DNA from: a virus
Taxonomy: Duplodnaviria; Caudoviricetes
Reading direction: 5' to 3' (one strand)
DNA: 64,000 bases
IMG/VR virus record: IMGVR_UViG_3300020460_001010
Span: 30,641-94,640 of that record
Made by a program: the position numbers and the translations under genes. The notes under the pieces were generated by a model, which saw only the letters and a list, made by a program, of their open reading frames with translations, did not search any database and was not told where the DNA came from. Below, piece after piece: positions 19,869-29,328 of the stretch (position 1 is the first letter of the stretch; every line of letters begins with the position of its first letter).

Positions 19869-21209
19869 ATGGAAGATACTGAAAACACGGAACTAGAGAG
19901 AGTTAGGTGGGAAGGTACTGCAAGTTCACCCATAGGAAAGACTCCGTTTGGGTTCTTTGACACCGACTCTGAATTTATAAATTTTGCACCAAAGGCTGCT
20001 GACTGGGCAGCCACTAGACTTGGATATCCTGTCGTTGATATTGAAATGCTTGATGTGCAATTTTATGCTTGTCTTGAAGAGGCAATTGCCGAATATAGTG
20101 CACAAATAAATCAATTTTCAATTAAGCAGAATTTATATAGTTTACGAGGTACATCCACAAGTGTGAATTTGACAACATCGGTATTACAAACACAACCTTT
20201 GCCATTTTATTTAAAACTTGCAGAAGCATATGGTGCGGAAGTCGGAGCAGGTGGAAACGTTGACTGGAGAAAGGCAAGTTTGGAGGTTAAAGCAGGGGTG
20301 CAGACATATGACTTGCAGGGATTATTCACACAATACTATACAGACCCACGAACTGGTGAGAAAAAATTAGAAAGAATTGAGGTTAAACGAATATTTCACA
20401 ACCCACCACCAAGTTTAAATAAAATATTTGACCCAATGGCAAACTCTGGCATGGCACATTCAAATTTATTAAGTGAGTTTGGGTGGAACGGGATGCACCC
20501 GGTAGGAACGCAGTTTTTGCTAAGACCGGTGAACGAGGATTTAATGAGATTGCAGGCAATTGAGTTTAATGAACAAGTCAGAAGAAGTTCATACGGGTTT
20601 GAAATAATAAATAACAAACTCACAATATTCCCGATACCTACAAAAGATTTTACACTGTGGTTTGATTATGTATATAAACGAGAACGTGATATAGCAGCGG
20701 TTCAGGGATATGTCGATGCTGATGAATTCAACGTAATGCCAAAAACACAAACGGAGATTACGGAGGAAACAACTGAACAGGTTGTCGTTGATGAAACTCA
20801 ATCTGGTCTTGACGATGGTACAAATGGTGATGTTTCGGACACGGAGCTCCACAGACCACATGAAAGTGTAACGGATGCGAGTAATGCCCCATATCAATTT
20901 CATAGTTTTGCAACTATCAATGATGTTGGAAAGAGGTGGATAATGAAATATTATCTATCAACGTGCAAGGAATTATTAGGATCAATTCGTGCAAAATATC
21001 AAAGTATTCCGATTCCTGGAGGAGAAACTTCACTTGATGGTGATGCACTTCGTCAAGAGGCGGCTTCGGAGAAAGAGCAACTTATTACTGAATTGCGTGA
21101 GGATTTGGAAGTTACGAGTCGTAGCACTACAAGTGAGCAACTTAATCAAGTATCTGATAATTTGCAAGAGAATCTGAGAAAAGTTCCAAACTTTTTATAC
21201 ATAGGATAG
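19869..21209 (+). CDS. neck/head-tail adaptor protein (T4 gp13-like)
   Basis: RLGYPVVDIE at the N-terminus and LGSIRAKY.SIPIPGGETSLDG at the C-terminus; follows the capsid gene. Confidence 0.8.
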   Translation: MEDTENTELERVRWEGTASSPIGKTPFGFFDTDSEFINFAPKAADWAATRLGYPVVDIEMLDVQFYACLEEAIAEYSAQINQFSIKQNLYSLRGTSTSVNLTTSVLQTQPLPFYLKLAEAYGAEVGAGGNVDWRKASLEVKAGVQTYDLQGLFTQYYTDPRTGEKKLERIEVKRIFHNPPPSLNKIFDPMANSGMAHSNLLSEFGWNGMHPVGTQFLLRPVNEDLMRLQAIEFNEQVRRSSYGFEIINNKLTIFPIPTKDFTLWFDYVYKRERDIAAVQGYVDADEFNVMPKTQTEITEETTEQVVVDETQSGLDDGTNGDVSDTELHRPHESVTDASNAPYQFHSFATINDVGKRWIMKYYLSTCKELLGSIRAKYQSIPIPGGETSLDGDALRQEAASEKEQLITELREDLEVTSRSTTSEQLNQVSDNLQENLRKVPNFLYIG

Positions 21210-21210
21210 T

Positions 21211-21678
21211 ATGGAAAGGTCACGCGGCAGATATTATTCACGACGAGATGTGCGTTTTATGAATAGTATAAATGGTGAGCTGATGGCAGATATAATTGAG
21301 CAACTTGTCGTTATATATAAAATTAATCCACATGAAACATCTGCAAATTTGTATGGTGAAAGTGTTGAGAAAAGTTATTTTCAAGGTGTACAAACAACCT
21401 GTTTAGTCGAAACTGATCCAGAAAGCACATTATATGAGGGATTTGGTCCAGATGTGAAGAAGGGAACATTGTTTAGATTTCACCAGAAATTGTGTGAAAT
21501 GAAAGATGTATATCCACAAGTTGGAGATATTGTATTGTGGGAGAATGCGTATTTTGAAATATCCAATATTGTTGAAAATCAGTATCTCGGAGGACAGCCT
21601 GAGAAAAATTATAGTTTGATATCAAATGCACATATGACTCGCATTAGTAAATTGAATATTGTTGAGAGGGATATATAA
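21211..21678 (+). CDS. head closure/neck protein (T4 gp14-like)
   Basis: NLYGES, PQVGDIV and YFEI; follows the gp13-like gene. Confidence 0.7.
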   Translation: MERSRGRYYSRRDVRFMNSINGELMADIIEQLVVIYKINPHETSANLYGESVEKSYFQGVQTTCLVETDPESTLYEGFGPDVKKGTLFRFHQKLCEMKDVYPQVGDIVLWENAYFEISNIVENQYLGGQPEKNYSLISNAHMTRISKLNIVERDI

Positions 21679-22913
21679 TGGCAGATTATGATACAGTAAA
21701 TAATCCGTTCATAACTTTAAAAAAACTTGGTGGGGATGGAACTGAGCAATTTAAGGCACGATTGAATACAACTCCACCGAGTGTATCGGAGGATGCGTAC
21801 AGATCTGATATGAAGAAACCAGAACACTCACTGGAAACTGATAATCGTGCATCCAAAATGCGAATGGATGAAACTGAGAGTTTTAAACAATATTCAATAA
21901 CATTGATGGATATTGATAATGTGTTATATGAGTATTTTATAAATGTAATACAACCAAGAGTGCTGGGTCCAGGAGGAGAGGCAATTGAAGTTCCTGTTAG
22001 ACACGCATCCCCAGAAAGGTGGGCGGCAATACAACAGGATGGTGTATTGAGAGACAAGCAGGGCCAGCTGCAACGTCCGATGATAATATTTACCAGAAGT
22101 AACATGGAACGTGATGACCAACTGGTAACATTCAACAAGTATTTAACGGTTCCGTTCGTAAAGAAATTTGATAAGTATAATATGTACGATAGGTTCAGTG
22201 CATTATCTGGAACTAAACCTGCGGGTGAGATACACAATGTGACATTTCCTGATCATGTTGTATTGACATATGATTTTACAATGTCAACCGAATATGTTGA
22301 GCAGATGAATACACTTGTAGAGAAAATAAATTTTGCAAGTGATGACTATTGGGGTGACCCACGAAGACTTAAATTCAGAGCCTCGGTACAGGGATTTTCC
22401 AACACAATAGAAGTTCCATCTGATGATGACAGAGTGGTAACTACGACATTTAATTTAACGGTAAACGCATATTTACTTCCTGAGATTTTTAATAATCAAA
22501 CCACAACTCAACGAGGTCTTACGAAACGAAAGGTGGTATTTACCGGGGAAGCAATTTCAGGACCAGGAGGGGTTTTGGGTGAGGATGAACTCCCGTCACG
22601 AAATATATTTACCTTGAAACGAACGAACCGAGAGTTGTATTTTGAAAATACCGATATGGAATATGAAATTCATACATGGAATGATGAAGCATATTATGAA
22701 CTTATATTACTTGGTGAATCGTATTACATTTCATTCAAGAAGGATGGAAGTGGTAGTCATCTATTATGGGACATAGAAGGTTCGAAGTCAAAGGTGTATT
22801 GTGATGAAACATTGACAATTGACATATCAGATGTATGGTCAGCAGAGATAACTACGGATAAGATGACTACGGAAAAATTTAAAATTAAGTTTGTTCGGAA
22901 AAATAATAGTTGA
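21678..22913 (+). CDS. tail terminator/sheath stabiliser (T4 gp15-like) with C-terminal extension
   Basis: VPVRHASPERW and PDHVVLTY...EQMNTLVE; lies between the neck and sheath genes. Confidence 0.6.
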   Translation: MADYDTVNNPFITLKKLGGDGTEQFKARLNTTPPSVSEDAYRSDMKKPEHSLETDNRASKMRMDETESFKQYSITLMDIDNVLYEYFINVIQPRVLGPGGEAIEVPVRHASPERWAAIQQDGVLRDKQGQLQRPMIIFTRSNMERDDQLVTFNKYLTVPFVKKFDKYNMYDRFSALSGTKPAGEIHNVTFPDHVVLTYDFTMSTEYVEQMNTLVEKINFASDDYWGDPRRLKFRASVQGFSNTIEVPSDDDRVVTTTFNLTVNAYLLPEIFNNQTTTQRGLTKRKVVFTGEAISGPGGVLGEDELPSRNIFTLKRTNRELYFENTDMEYEIHTWNDEAYYELILLGESYYISFKKDGSGSHLLWDIEGSKSKVYCDETLTIDISDVWSAEITTDKMTTEKFKIKFVRKNNS

Positions 22914-22938
22914 TTTTAAGTTTGATTTGTCTTATATT
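22910..22938 (+). promoter_or_regulatory. possible sigma70-type promoter (leaderless geometry)
   Basis: TTGATT, N17, TATATT; ATG 22945 lies 6 nt after the -10. Confidence 0.45.
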
Positions 22939-22944
22939 AGTTAT

Positions 22945-23235
22945 ATGGAAACTAATGAAATAAAATTTACAACCGATGAAGTCGATGAGGTCACTAACTT
23001 AAATGCAGAGTACCAGTCATTGTTATTGGAGTTGGGTGAGGTGTATTTGAAGAAAATACAAATTGAAGAACAACAATCTGAAATTAATTCGGCAGAAGAC
23101 GAACTCCGTGGAGTGTACTCTGATTTACAGAAACGTGAATCCACACTGTCTGCTAGAATAACTAAAAAGTACGGTCCAGGTCGTCCAGATTTTGCTCGGG
23201 GAATGTATCTAAAAGATATTGATACGAAAAATTAG
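22945..23235 (+). CDS. small coiled-coil hypothetical protein
   Basis: ATG 22945, 96 aa; heptad pattern, ends KYGPG. Confidence 0.7.
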   Translation: METNEIKFTTDEVDEVTNLNAEYQSLLLELGEVYLKKIQIEEQQSEINSAEDELRGVYSDLQKRESTLSARITKKYGPGRPDFARGMYLKDIDTKN

Positions 23236-23337
23236 TAATAAATATAGGTTTTTGCGTTTTTTGACTCATATTTATCATAAAAAGTCAATCATCCGATTTT
23301 AATCATATAAACCTAAAATTTAAGGAGACAAAATAAG

Positions 23338-25833
23338 ATGGCAGAAAGAGTAGTAAGTCCAGCAGTATTCACCAATGAAATCGACCAGTCATTTTTGGCA
23401 CAAGGTATATCTCAAATAGGTGGAGCAATCGTAGGTCCTTTTGATAGAGGACCAGCATTTGCACCAACGGTAGTAAGAAGTCAGTCAGATTTGGAAGATC
23501 TATTTGGCGCACCAGATGGTAAGTATTACCAACCGTGGGTAGCACAACAGTATCTCAAGCACCAGGGTGTTGTGACAATCGTTCGAGTGGGTTCACTTGG
23601 AGGATATGAACAACAAAATCCTGTGGTTATTAAAGCAGTTGCCCAGACAACATCTGGATCAATCGAAGCAGGTGACGAATTCGTTATCGGTGTTCTTGCA
23701 AATACATTGAAAGCAGGTTCGGATGAACCAACATATCAAGGTTTTGCATATGAAGATGGTCGTAAGGCACACATGACAGACGAAGACATTTCCGATGGGG
23801 ATTTACTTGCGGAAATTGCACTTCCAAACCCAACAGAAGATGCCGGTCATGCAGATGAGTATATAACAAGTAAGTTTTCTCTTAATCCTGCAAGTCCAGA
23901 TAGTATAAACAACGTATTTGGAAGAGCACCACAAAAGAACACAAAAACTGCATATTTGTATTCATATTTTGAAGACACCGCACGTAAGGTAGCAGAGGCA
24001 ACATCAGGAACACAATCATTCAAGCTTGCACTTGATATACCATCATCCGATGGACCTTTGGATTTTATAGACGAAGGTATCAGTGAAGCAAAGACTCCGT
24101 GGGTAAAGTCACAACTTATCAGTGATGACCGATATGACTTGTTCAGAGTTGCAACTCGCAACCAAGGAACACTTGCAAACCGTGAGATTAAAGTCGGTAT
24201 CTACAATGTTAAAACTCCAGGTTCATTACAAGGAACGGATTATGGAACGTTTAGTTTGGTAGTTCGTAGATTCAACGATAATGACAAGAATCAAGAAGTT
24301 CTTGAAAATTATGACAACTTGAATCTTGATCCAGGAAGTCCACAATACTTACCACGTGTTATCGGTGATAGAAAAGTTACTGTTGATAGTAAGGGTAAGA
24401 TTATTGAGCATGGTGACTATGGAAACAAGAGTAATTGGATTCGTATTGAAATGCCAGACGACGCATATGCTCCTGCGAATGCAATGCCATACGGATATGG
24501 TCCGTACGCATCCCCTCTTGCAAATGTTAACTTGCCAGAACCAGAGTGGAGTTATGCAAGTCATTACGAGAAAAACCCAGGAAGATACTTCTGTGGTACG
24601 GTGTTTAATCAAGAAAGTCCTGATGGATTGCTTGAACTACCAGAATCGTCACGCAACTCAATTGAATTGTTTGCCCCAATCCCACCAAGTGCGGGTGTTG
24701 CCGGAAATGGATTCTACCTTGACGAACCTGGACAATATGTCAGTCTTGACGCACAGCCAGATGGAAGTAGTGATTATGAAACACATATCACGGAACCTGT
24801 GGATGCAGATTTGCTTGGAACAAATGATTATGTCAATGTTCGTGCAAGAAGATTCCTCGTAGGTTTCCAAGGTGGTTTTGATGGTCACTCACCTACACAT
24901 CCAATACGTTTGGGTGCGGCTATCTCACCACAAAACGCACAAGGACTCAATTGTTCCGGACCACATACGGAAGGAACAGAGGGATACAAGAAAGCATTTG
25001 CGGCTTTGAGTAATCAAGACGAGTTTGATATTAACTTGCTTGTGACTCCTGGTTTGAGTCTCGACCTTCATAGAAATGTTGTTAATCGTGGAGTTGATCT
25101 GTGTGAAACCCGTGAAGATTGTTTCTACATTCTTGATTGTGTTGGGGCTGCCAACCAACCAGGTAGAGTAGATGACGCAGTTGATATGGTAACAACACTT
25201 GATACCAACTACGCTGCAACATACTATCCGTGGGTTAAGATTATCGACCCATCCACTAACAAGATTATGCCATTCCCACCAAGTGCGGTTATGCCAGCAG
25301 TATATGCGTCCAACGATAAGGTTTCCGCAGAGTGGTTCGCACCTGCCGGTTTGAATCGTGGTGGAATTGAAAAGGCAGTTGGTGTTATGGATCGTCTTAA
25401 CTTCGCAGAGAGAGATGTACTGTACGAAGGTAAGGTTAATCCAATCGCTGCATTCCCAGGACAGGGCATCGTGGCATTCGGTCAAAAGACACTTCAAAGA
25501 CGTCCATCTGCTCTTGACAGAATTAACGTACGTCGTTTGATGATTGCTCTCAAGAAGTTCATTGCAAGTACCGCAAGATTCTTGATATTCGAACAAAATG
25601 TGGCTGCCACACGAAATCGTTTCTTGAGTATTGTAAATCCATACTTGGAAAGTGTACAACAAAGACATGGTCTGTATGCTTACCGTGTAATCATGGACGA
25701 AACCAACAACACACCTGCGTTGATTGACAGAAACATTCTGTATGGTCAGATCTTCTTGCAACCAGCAAAGGCAGTTGAGTTTGTAATTCTTGATTTCAGT
25801 CTTACACCGACCGGTGCAAGTTTTGAAGGATAA
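23338..25833 (+). CDS. gp18: contractile tail sheath protein (T4 gp18-like)
   Basis: VSPAVFTNEID, YAATYYPW, WFAPAGLNRG, GQKTL and DRINVRRL; AAGGAG RBS. Confidence 0.95.
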   Translation: MAERVVSPAVFTNEIDQSFLAQGISQIGGAIVGPFDRGPAFAPTVVRSQSDLEDLFGAPDGKYYQPWVAQQYLKHQGVVTIVRVGSLGGYEQQNPVVIKAVAQTTSGSIEAGDEFVIGVLANTLKAGSDEPTYQGFAYEDGRKAHMTDEDISDGDLLAEIALPNPTEDAGHADEYITSKFSLNPASPDSINNVFGRAPQKNTKTAYLYSYFEDTARKVAEATSGTQSFKLALDIPSSDGPLDFIDEGISEAKTPWVKSQLISDDRYDLFRVATRNQGTLANREIKVGIYNVKTPGSLQGTDYGTFSLVVRRFNDNDKNQEVLENYDNLNLDPGSPQYLPRVIGDRKVTVDSKGKIIEHGDYGNKSNWIRIEMPDDAYAPANAMPYGYGPYASPLANVNLPEPEWSYASHYEKNPGRYFCGTVFNQESPDGLLELPESSRNSIELFAPIPPSAGVAGNGFYLDEPGQYVSLDAQPDGSSDYETHITEPVDADLLGTNDYVNVRARRFLVGFQGGFDGHSPTHPIRLGAAISPQNAQGLNCSGPHTEGTEGYKKAFAALSNQDEFDINLLVTPGLSLDLHRNVVNRGVDLCETREDCFYILDCVGAANQPGRVDDAVDMVTTLDTNYAATYYPWVKIIDPSTNKIMPFPPSAVMPAVYASNDKVSAEWFAPAGLNRGGIEKAVGVMDRLNFAERDVLYEGKVNPIAAFPGQGIVAFGQKTLQRRPSALDRINVRRLMIALKKFIASTARFLIFEQNVAATRNRFLSIVNPYLESVQQRHGLYAYRVIMDETNNTPALIDRNILYGQIFLQPAKAVEFVILDFSLTPTGASFEG

Positions 25834-25859
25834 TTTATACTAAAAACCAAACAAAAAAG

Positions 25860-25890
25860 AAAACCCCCTGCATATGCGGGGGGTTTTTTT
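25860..25890 (+). terminator. intrinsic terminator after the sheath gene
   Basis: AAAACCCCCTGC-atat-GCGGGGGGTTTTTTT. Confidence 0.85.
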
Positions 25891-25913
25891 GTGTCGATAT
25901 ATATTTATTTTAA

Positions 25914-26615
25914 ATGGATATGTCTCTTACGGATATTTTGCACGAAATGCAATATGATGAGTTTGTTTTGTTTGTGCGTAAGCATAAACTAGACGAAGAT
26001 TGTTCTGTGTTGACTGAGTTGAGCATACCAGGTAGACTTAAAAAGATTTGGGGGTTTATAAAGGAATTGGCCTCCAAGGTATCGTTGAAGTTGGTGGACT
26101 TGGTTAAATTGTTTCTTGATAAAACTGTATTCAAATTCTTTGCTAAGATTAAGTTTAGCATGGAGTGGTTGTTCAAACTCGTTAAAAAGGGATTCAAGGC
26201 ATACAAGGACGTAATAAAGGCAATTGGTGATTATCTTGCAAGTACCAAGGTAGGTAAGTGGACAGAAGAAAAACTCAAGGCCTTGGATGCCTTTTTGAAA
26301 AAACATCCAAAAACCAAGAGAATTGCAGGAATGGCAGTTGCTGGTATTCTAATTTATATTTGGTTGAACATGACGTTCACGGGTAACGCAGACTACGACT
26401 TTGATATGGGAGATATGATTCTTGCACTTGGTGGAGGATTTACTTTATCAACTTTGTTTGCAGGTCCTGAAGGTATGGCATTATTAACTTTGTTTGCAAC
26501 TGGTATGATTGGGTTATCATTTCCTTGGCCAGGACCGCAACATTTCCAGTTCGTGGGTGCAGTTTTATATGGTTCTGCTAAATTGGTTGGAAAGAAATTA
26601 AGGAAAGATAAATAA
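25914..26615 (+). CDS. membrane protein of unknown function
   Basis: Lys-rich amphipathic N-terminal half; several hydrophobic segments (IAGMAVAGILIYIWL, LLTLFATGMIGL). Confidence 0.75.
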   Translation: MDMSLTDILHEMQYDEFVLFVRKHKLDEDCSVLTELSIPGRLKKIWGFIKELASKVSLKLVDLVKLFLDKTVFKFFAKIKFSMEWLFKLVKKGFKAYKDVIKAIGDYLASTKVGKWTEEKLKALDAFLKKHPKTKRIAGMAVAGILIYIWLNMTFTGNADYDFDMGDMILALGGGFTLSTLFAGPEGMALLTLFATGMIGLSFPWPGPQHFQFVGAVLYGSAKLVGKKLRKDK

Positions 26616-26741
26616 ATATATTTTTTTCTTTGTTGATATTTATTAAATAAATGAGGTTGAAATTTTGAAAAAAAGGTTTTTTTGATTTTTTAATTCATAT
26701 TTATCTAAAAGTTCTAAACTATAAACTGGAGAAGTTAAATT

Positions 26742-27233
26742 ATGGCAGAGTTAATCGAAGCACAAGAAATGTTTTTTACGGCGTTTGAACCCAAAACTTC
26801 AAATCGCTTTATTATGTACGTTGACGGGATTCCCGCATATCTTATTAAGGGGATGTCACGTCCAACACTAGCAATCGAGGTTAATACCTTGGATCACATC
26901 AACATCAAACGTAAAGTCCGTGCAGGTAAGGCAGAGTGGCAAGACATCACAATGACACTTTATGATCCTGTTGTTCCAAGTGCAGCGCAAGCAACAATGG
27001 AATGGGTTCGTCTCTCCCACGAATCAGTTACAGGAAGAAACGGATATGCAGACTTCTATAAGAAGGACTTGGTATTCAATATGCTCGGACCTGTTGGTGA
27101 TAAGGTTGAAGAGTGGACAATCAAGGGTGCGTTTATCAACAACGCAACTTTCGGTACACTTGACTGGGCAACTGGTGATCCAATGACCGTTGAATTGACA
27201 TTGTCATACGACTACGCAATTCTTCAATACTAA
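26742..27233 (+). CDS. gp19: tail tube protein (T4 gp19-like)
   Basis: FEPKTSNRF, WQDITMTLYDP, EEWTIKGAF and TLSYDYA; GGAG RBS. Confidence 0.9.
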   Translation: MAELIEAQEMFFTAFEPKTSNRFIMYVDGIPAYLIKGMSRPTLAIEVNTLDHINIKRKVRAGKAEWQDITMTLYDPVVPSAAQATMEWVRLSHESVTGRNGYADFYKKDLVFNMLGPVGDKVEEWTIKGAFINNATFGTLDWATGDPMTVELTLSYDYAILQY

Positions 27234-27262
27234 ATTGATAATACACCAACTCCGGTTTTTAC

Positions 27263-27295
27263 AAAAAAAAAACTTCCTACGGGAAGTTTTTTTTT
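27263..27295 (+). terminator. intrinsic terminator after the tube gene
   Basis: A10-CTTCC-tacg-GGAAG-T9. Confidence 0.85.
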
Positions 27296-27317
27296 GGCCA
27301 GTATATATTTATTTAAT

Positions 27318-27659
27318 ATGAATAAGACTTTATTAAAGCAAACTATTCTTGAACTCTTTGAAGAGGTAACCGAGGAAAATTCAACTGACATTCGGTTGGA
27401 TGAGTCTTTTAAACCTGCATACCACGCACTTCTTAAATTTTTATTAAAGATGGTACAAAAGGGAAAGTTTCGTAGACCTTATGATATTGACACCAGTTCC
27501 GGACGAATGGTTTTTGTCACGAAAGGTGGGAAGAAACTTGTAATTAATGATGCTAACATCGGTATTACTATCTTAAAGACATGGAAAGGTAGAAAGGATA
27601 AGAATTTCTTTGACTACAGTGAGCATGATGAAATTATGAAATTTGCACTTGCTGGTTGA
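27318..27659 (+). CDS. hypothetical protein
   Basis: ATG 27318, 5 nt after TATATTTAT; begins MNKTLLKQTILELFEE. Confidence 0.7.
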   Translation: MNKTLLKQTILELFEEVTEENSTDIRLDESFKPAYHALLKFLLKMVQKGKFRRPYDIDTSSGRMVFVTKGGKKLVINDANIGITILKTWKGRKDKNFFDYSEHDEIMKFALAG

Positions 27660-27689
27660 TTATATATCAAAAAAAGAAAAAAAAATACA

Positions 27690-27718
27690 TTGACCGAATA
27701 TATATATTTTGTTAAGGT
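27690..27718 (+). promoter_or_regulatory. possible sigma70-type promoter
   Basis: TTGACC, N17, TAAGGT. Confidence 0.4.
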
Positions 27719-27749
27719 TTAATGTATAAATTAAAAAAGGTTACAAATT

Positions 27750-28685
27750 ATGGCAGACGATAATACACCAGTCGAACTTCCACCGGAAGTTAAGGAAGCA
27801 ATGCGAAGGGATGCGGAAAAGACGGCATCGACCCAACAAAAGGCACAACCATCCCCATCGCAATCAACACCAACGCAAGATGCACCTGTGTTTTCACAAC
27901 AAACGGATCAGGTACAAACTACACAATACCCGAGTGAGGTTATTGATTTACCAAGTCGTGGTTGGTTCTACCCACCCGAGTCTCCACTTGCAAGAGGTAA
28001 GGTTGACATCAAATACATGACTGCAAAGGAAGAAGACATTCTGACCAGTCAAAACTTGATTAAGAAGGGTCTTGTTCTTGATAAATTGCTTGAAGAACTT
28101 ATTGTTACACCTGGCATTTCTCTTGACGATATTTTAGTTGGTGATAAGAATGCAATTTTTATCGCCGCAAGAATTCTTGCGTATGGTAAGGACTATAAGG
28201 TTAAATTTAAGGACCCATCAACTGGTGACGATGTTGAAGATGTAATTGATCTAACTCACCTTGATAATAAGGAATTTGACTTTGAGAGTGCAGAACGTGG
28301 AAGAAACTTATTTGAATATGAACTTCCGTATAGTAAGAAGAAGATACATTGGAGTCTACTGAAGCACTCGGATGAAAAGGCAATTGATGCAGAACTAAAG
28401 AGTCTTAAAAAGTTTTCAAGGGATAAGAACCAGTCAAGTGAAGTTACGACACGTCTTAAGTATGTTATTAAGGCACTTGATGGTGAAGATGATAAAACTA
28501 AGATTAAGAAATATGTGGATACCGAGTTGCTTGCAAGGGATAGTTTGTCTTTCCGCAATCACATTAAGGAAAATACTCCTGATATTGATTTGACCTTTAA
28601 TTTTGAGTCTGAAGAAACGGGATATACCGAAAGGATGAATCTGCCCCTTGGGGTAGACTTTTTTTACCCTACCGCCCGAGTATAA
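27750..28685 (+). CDS. tail/baseplate-hub assembly chaperone (T4 gp26-like)
   Basis: IDLPSRG, YMTAKEEDILTS, GDKNAIFIAARILAYG and a C-terminal PLGVDFF; between tube and tape measure genes. Confidence 0.8.
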   Translation: MADDNTPVELPPEVKEAMRRDAEKTASTQQKAQPSPSQSTPTQDAPVFSQQTDQVQTTQYPSEVIDLPSRGWFYPPESPLARGKVDIKYMTAKEEDILTSQNLIKKGLVLDKLLEELIVTPGISLDDILVGDKNAIFIAARILAYGKDYKVKFKDPSTGDDVEDVIDLTHLDNKEFDFESAERGRNLFEYELPYSKKKIHWSLLKHSDEKAIDAELKSLKKFSRDKNQSSEVTTRLKYVIKALDGEDDKTKIKKYVDTELLARDSLSFRNHIKENTPDIDLTFNFESEETGYTERMNLPLGVDFFYPTARV

Positions 28686-28908
28686 GGTCAACCTCCACGA
28701 AGAGGTTTTTAACTTATCTTATTACAGTCAAGGTGCGTTTACGCAGGAAATTGTCTACAATCTCCCGATACATCTTAGAAGGTTTTATGCCAAGAAACTT
28801 ATCGATGTAAAGAACAAGGAAAACGAGCAAGCAAAAAAGGCTCAACAAGATGCAAAGTCTAAGGCATCCGCTGCAAAGGCTCGTTCACCAAAACGTTCAT
28901 ATAAATAA
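28657..28908 (+). CDS. start-less ORF (gp51-like chaperone extension), predicted to be reached by frameshift from the upstream gene
   Basis: The +1 frame is open from the TAG at 28654-56 to the TAA at 28906-08 and reads TFFTLPPEYKVNLHEEVFNLSYYSQGAFTQEIVYNLPIHLRRFYAKKL. It has no in-frame ATG, GTG or TTG. T7 run at 28659-28665. Confidence 0.75.
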   Translation, partial: TFFTLPPEYKVNLHEEVFNLSYYSQGAFTQEIVYNLPIHLRRFYAKKLIDVKNKENEQAKKAQQDAKSKASAAKARSPKRSYK

Positions 28909-28942
28909 GTCAATTTTTTGATACATTGACTGGGTTTATTTT

Positions 28943-28975
28943 AACTCCGTTTTTAACACAAAACGGAGTTCTTTT
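28943..28975 (+). terminator. intrinsic terminator-like hairpin
   Basis: AACTCCGTTTT-taacac-AAAACGGAGTT-cTTTT, placed after the frameshift ORF. Confidence 0.75.
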
Positions 28976-29016
28976 ATATTTATGAATATATCTACATATA
29001 TTTAGGAGTTTTTGTA

Positions 29017-29301
29017 ATGAAAAAGAAGTTATACACCGAAGCACAGATAAATGAAATTTTGAGTAAAATTGCAACTGCCATTTTGGGAGGTTACACCAAG
29101 GGACTTCTTAAAGTTGCCGAGAAAGACCCCAAGTTACATCAGGCAATTAGTGCAGTTGCGGATGCAAAGATAGCGTTGGATGATTATGTTAGTGCAGAGT
29201 ATATGCTTCCAGATGCGGAAAGTTTGTCAGATAACAGTAAGAAAAACCAACTACGACTACAAAAAAATCTTGCAAAACTTGCACAACGTCGCAAAAAATG
29301 A
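29017..29301 (+). CDS. hypothetical protein
   Basis: AGGAG RBS; 94 aa, helical. Confidence 0.7.
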   Translation: MKKKLYTEAQINEILSKIATAILGGYTKGLLKVAEKDPKLHQAISAVADAKIALDDYVSAEYMLPDAESLSDNSKKNQLRLQKNLAKLAQRRKK

Positions 29302-29328
29302 GTGTGAAGTTCCACAGGAAATATCATT

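Noticed and set aside
24925-25761. 278-aa minus-strand ORF
   Set aside because: It lies antisense to the conserved sheath C-terminal domain and has no motifs; a shadow ORF from codon bias.
28656-28667. Canonical -1 frameshift at the chaperone slippery site
   Set aside because: The long downstream ORF is in the +1/-2 frame, and there is no in-phase X XXY YYZ heptamer.
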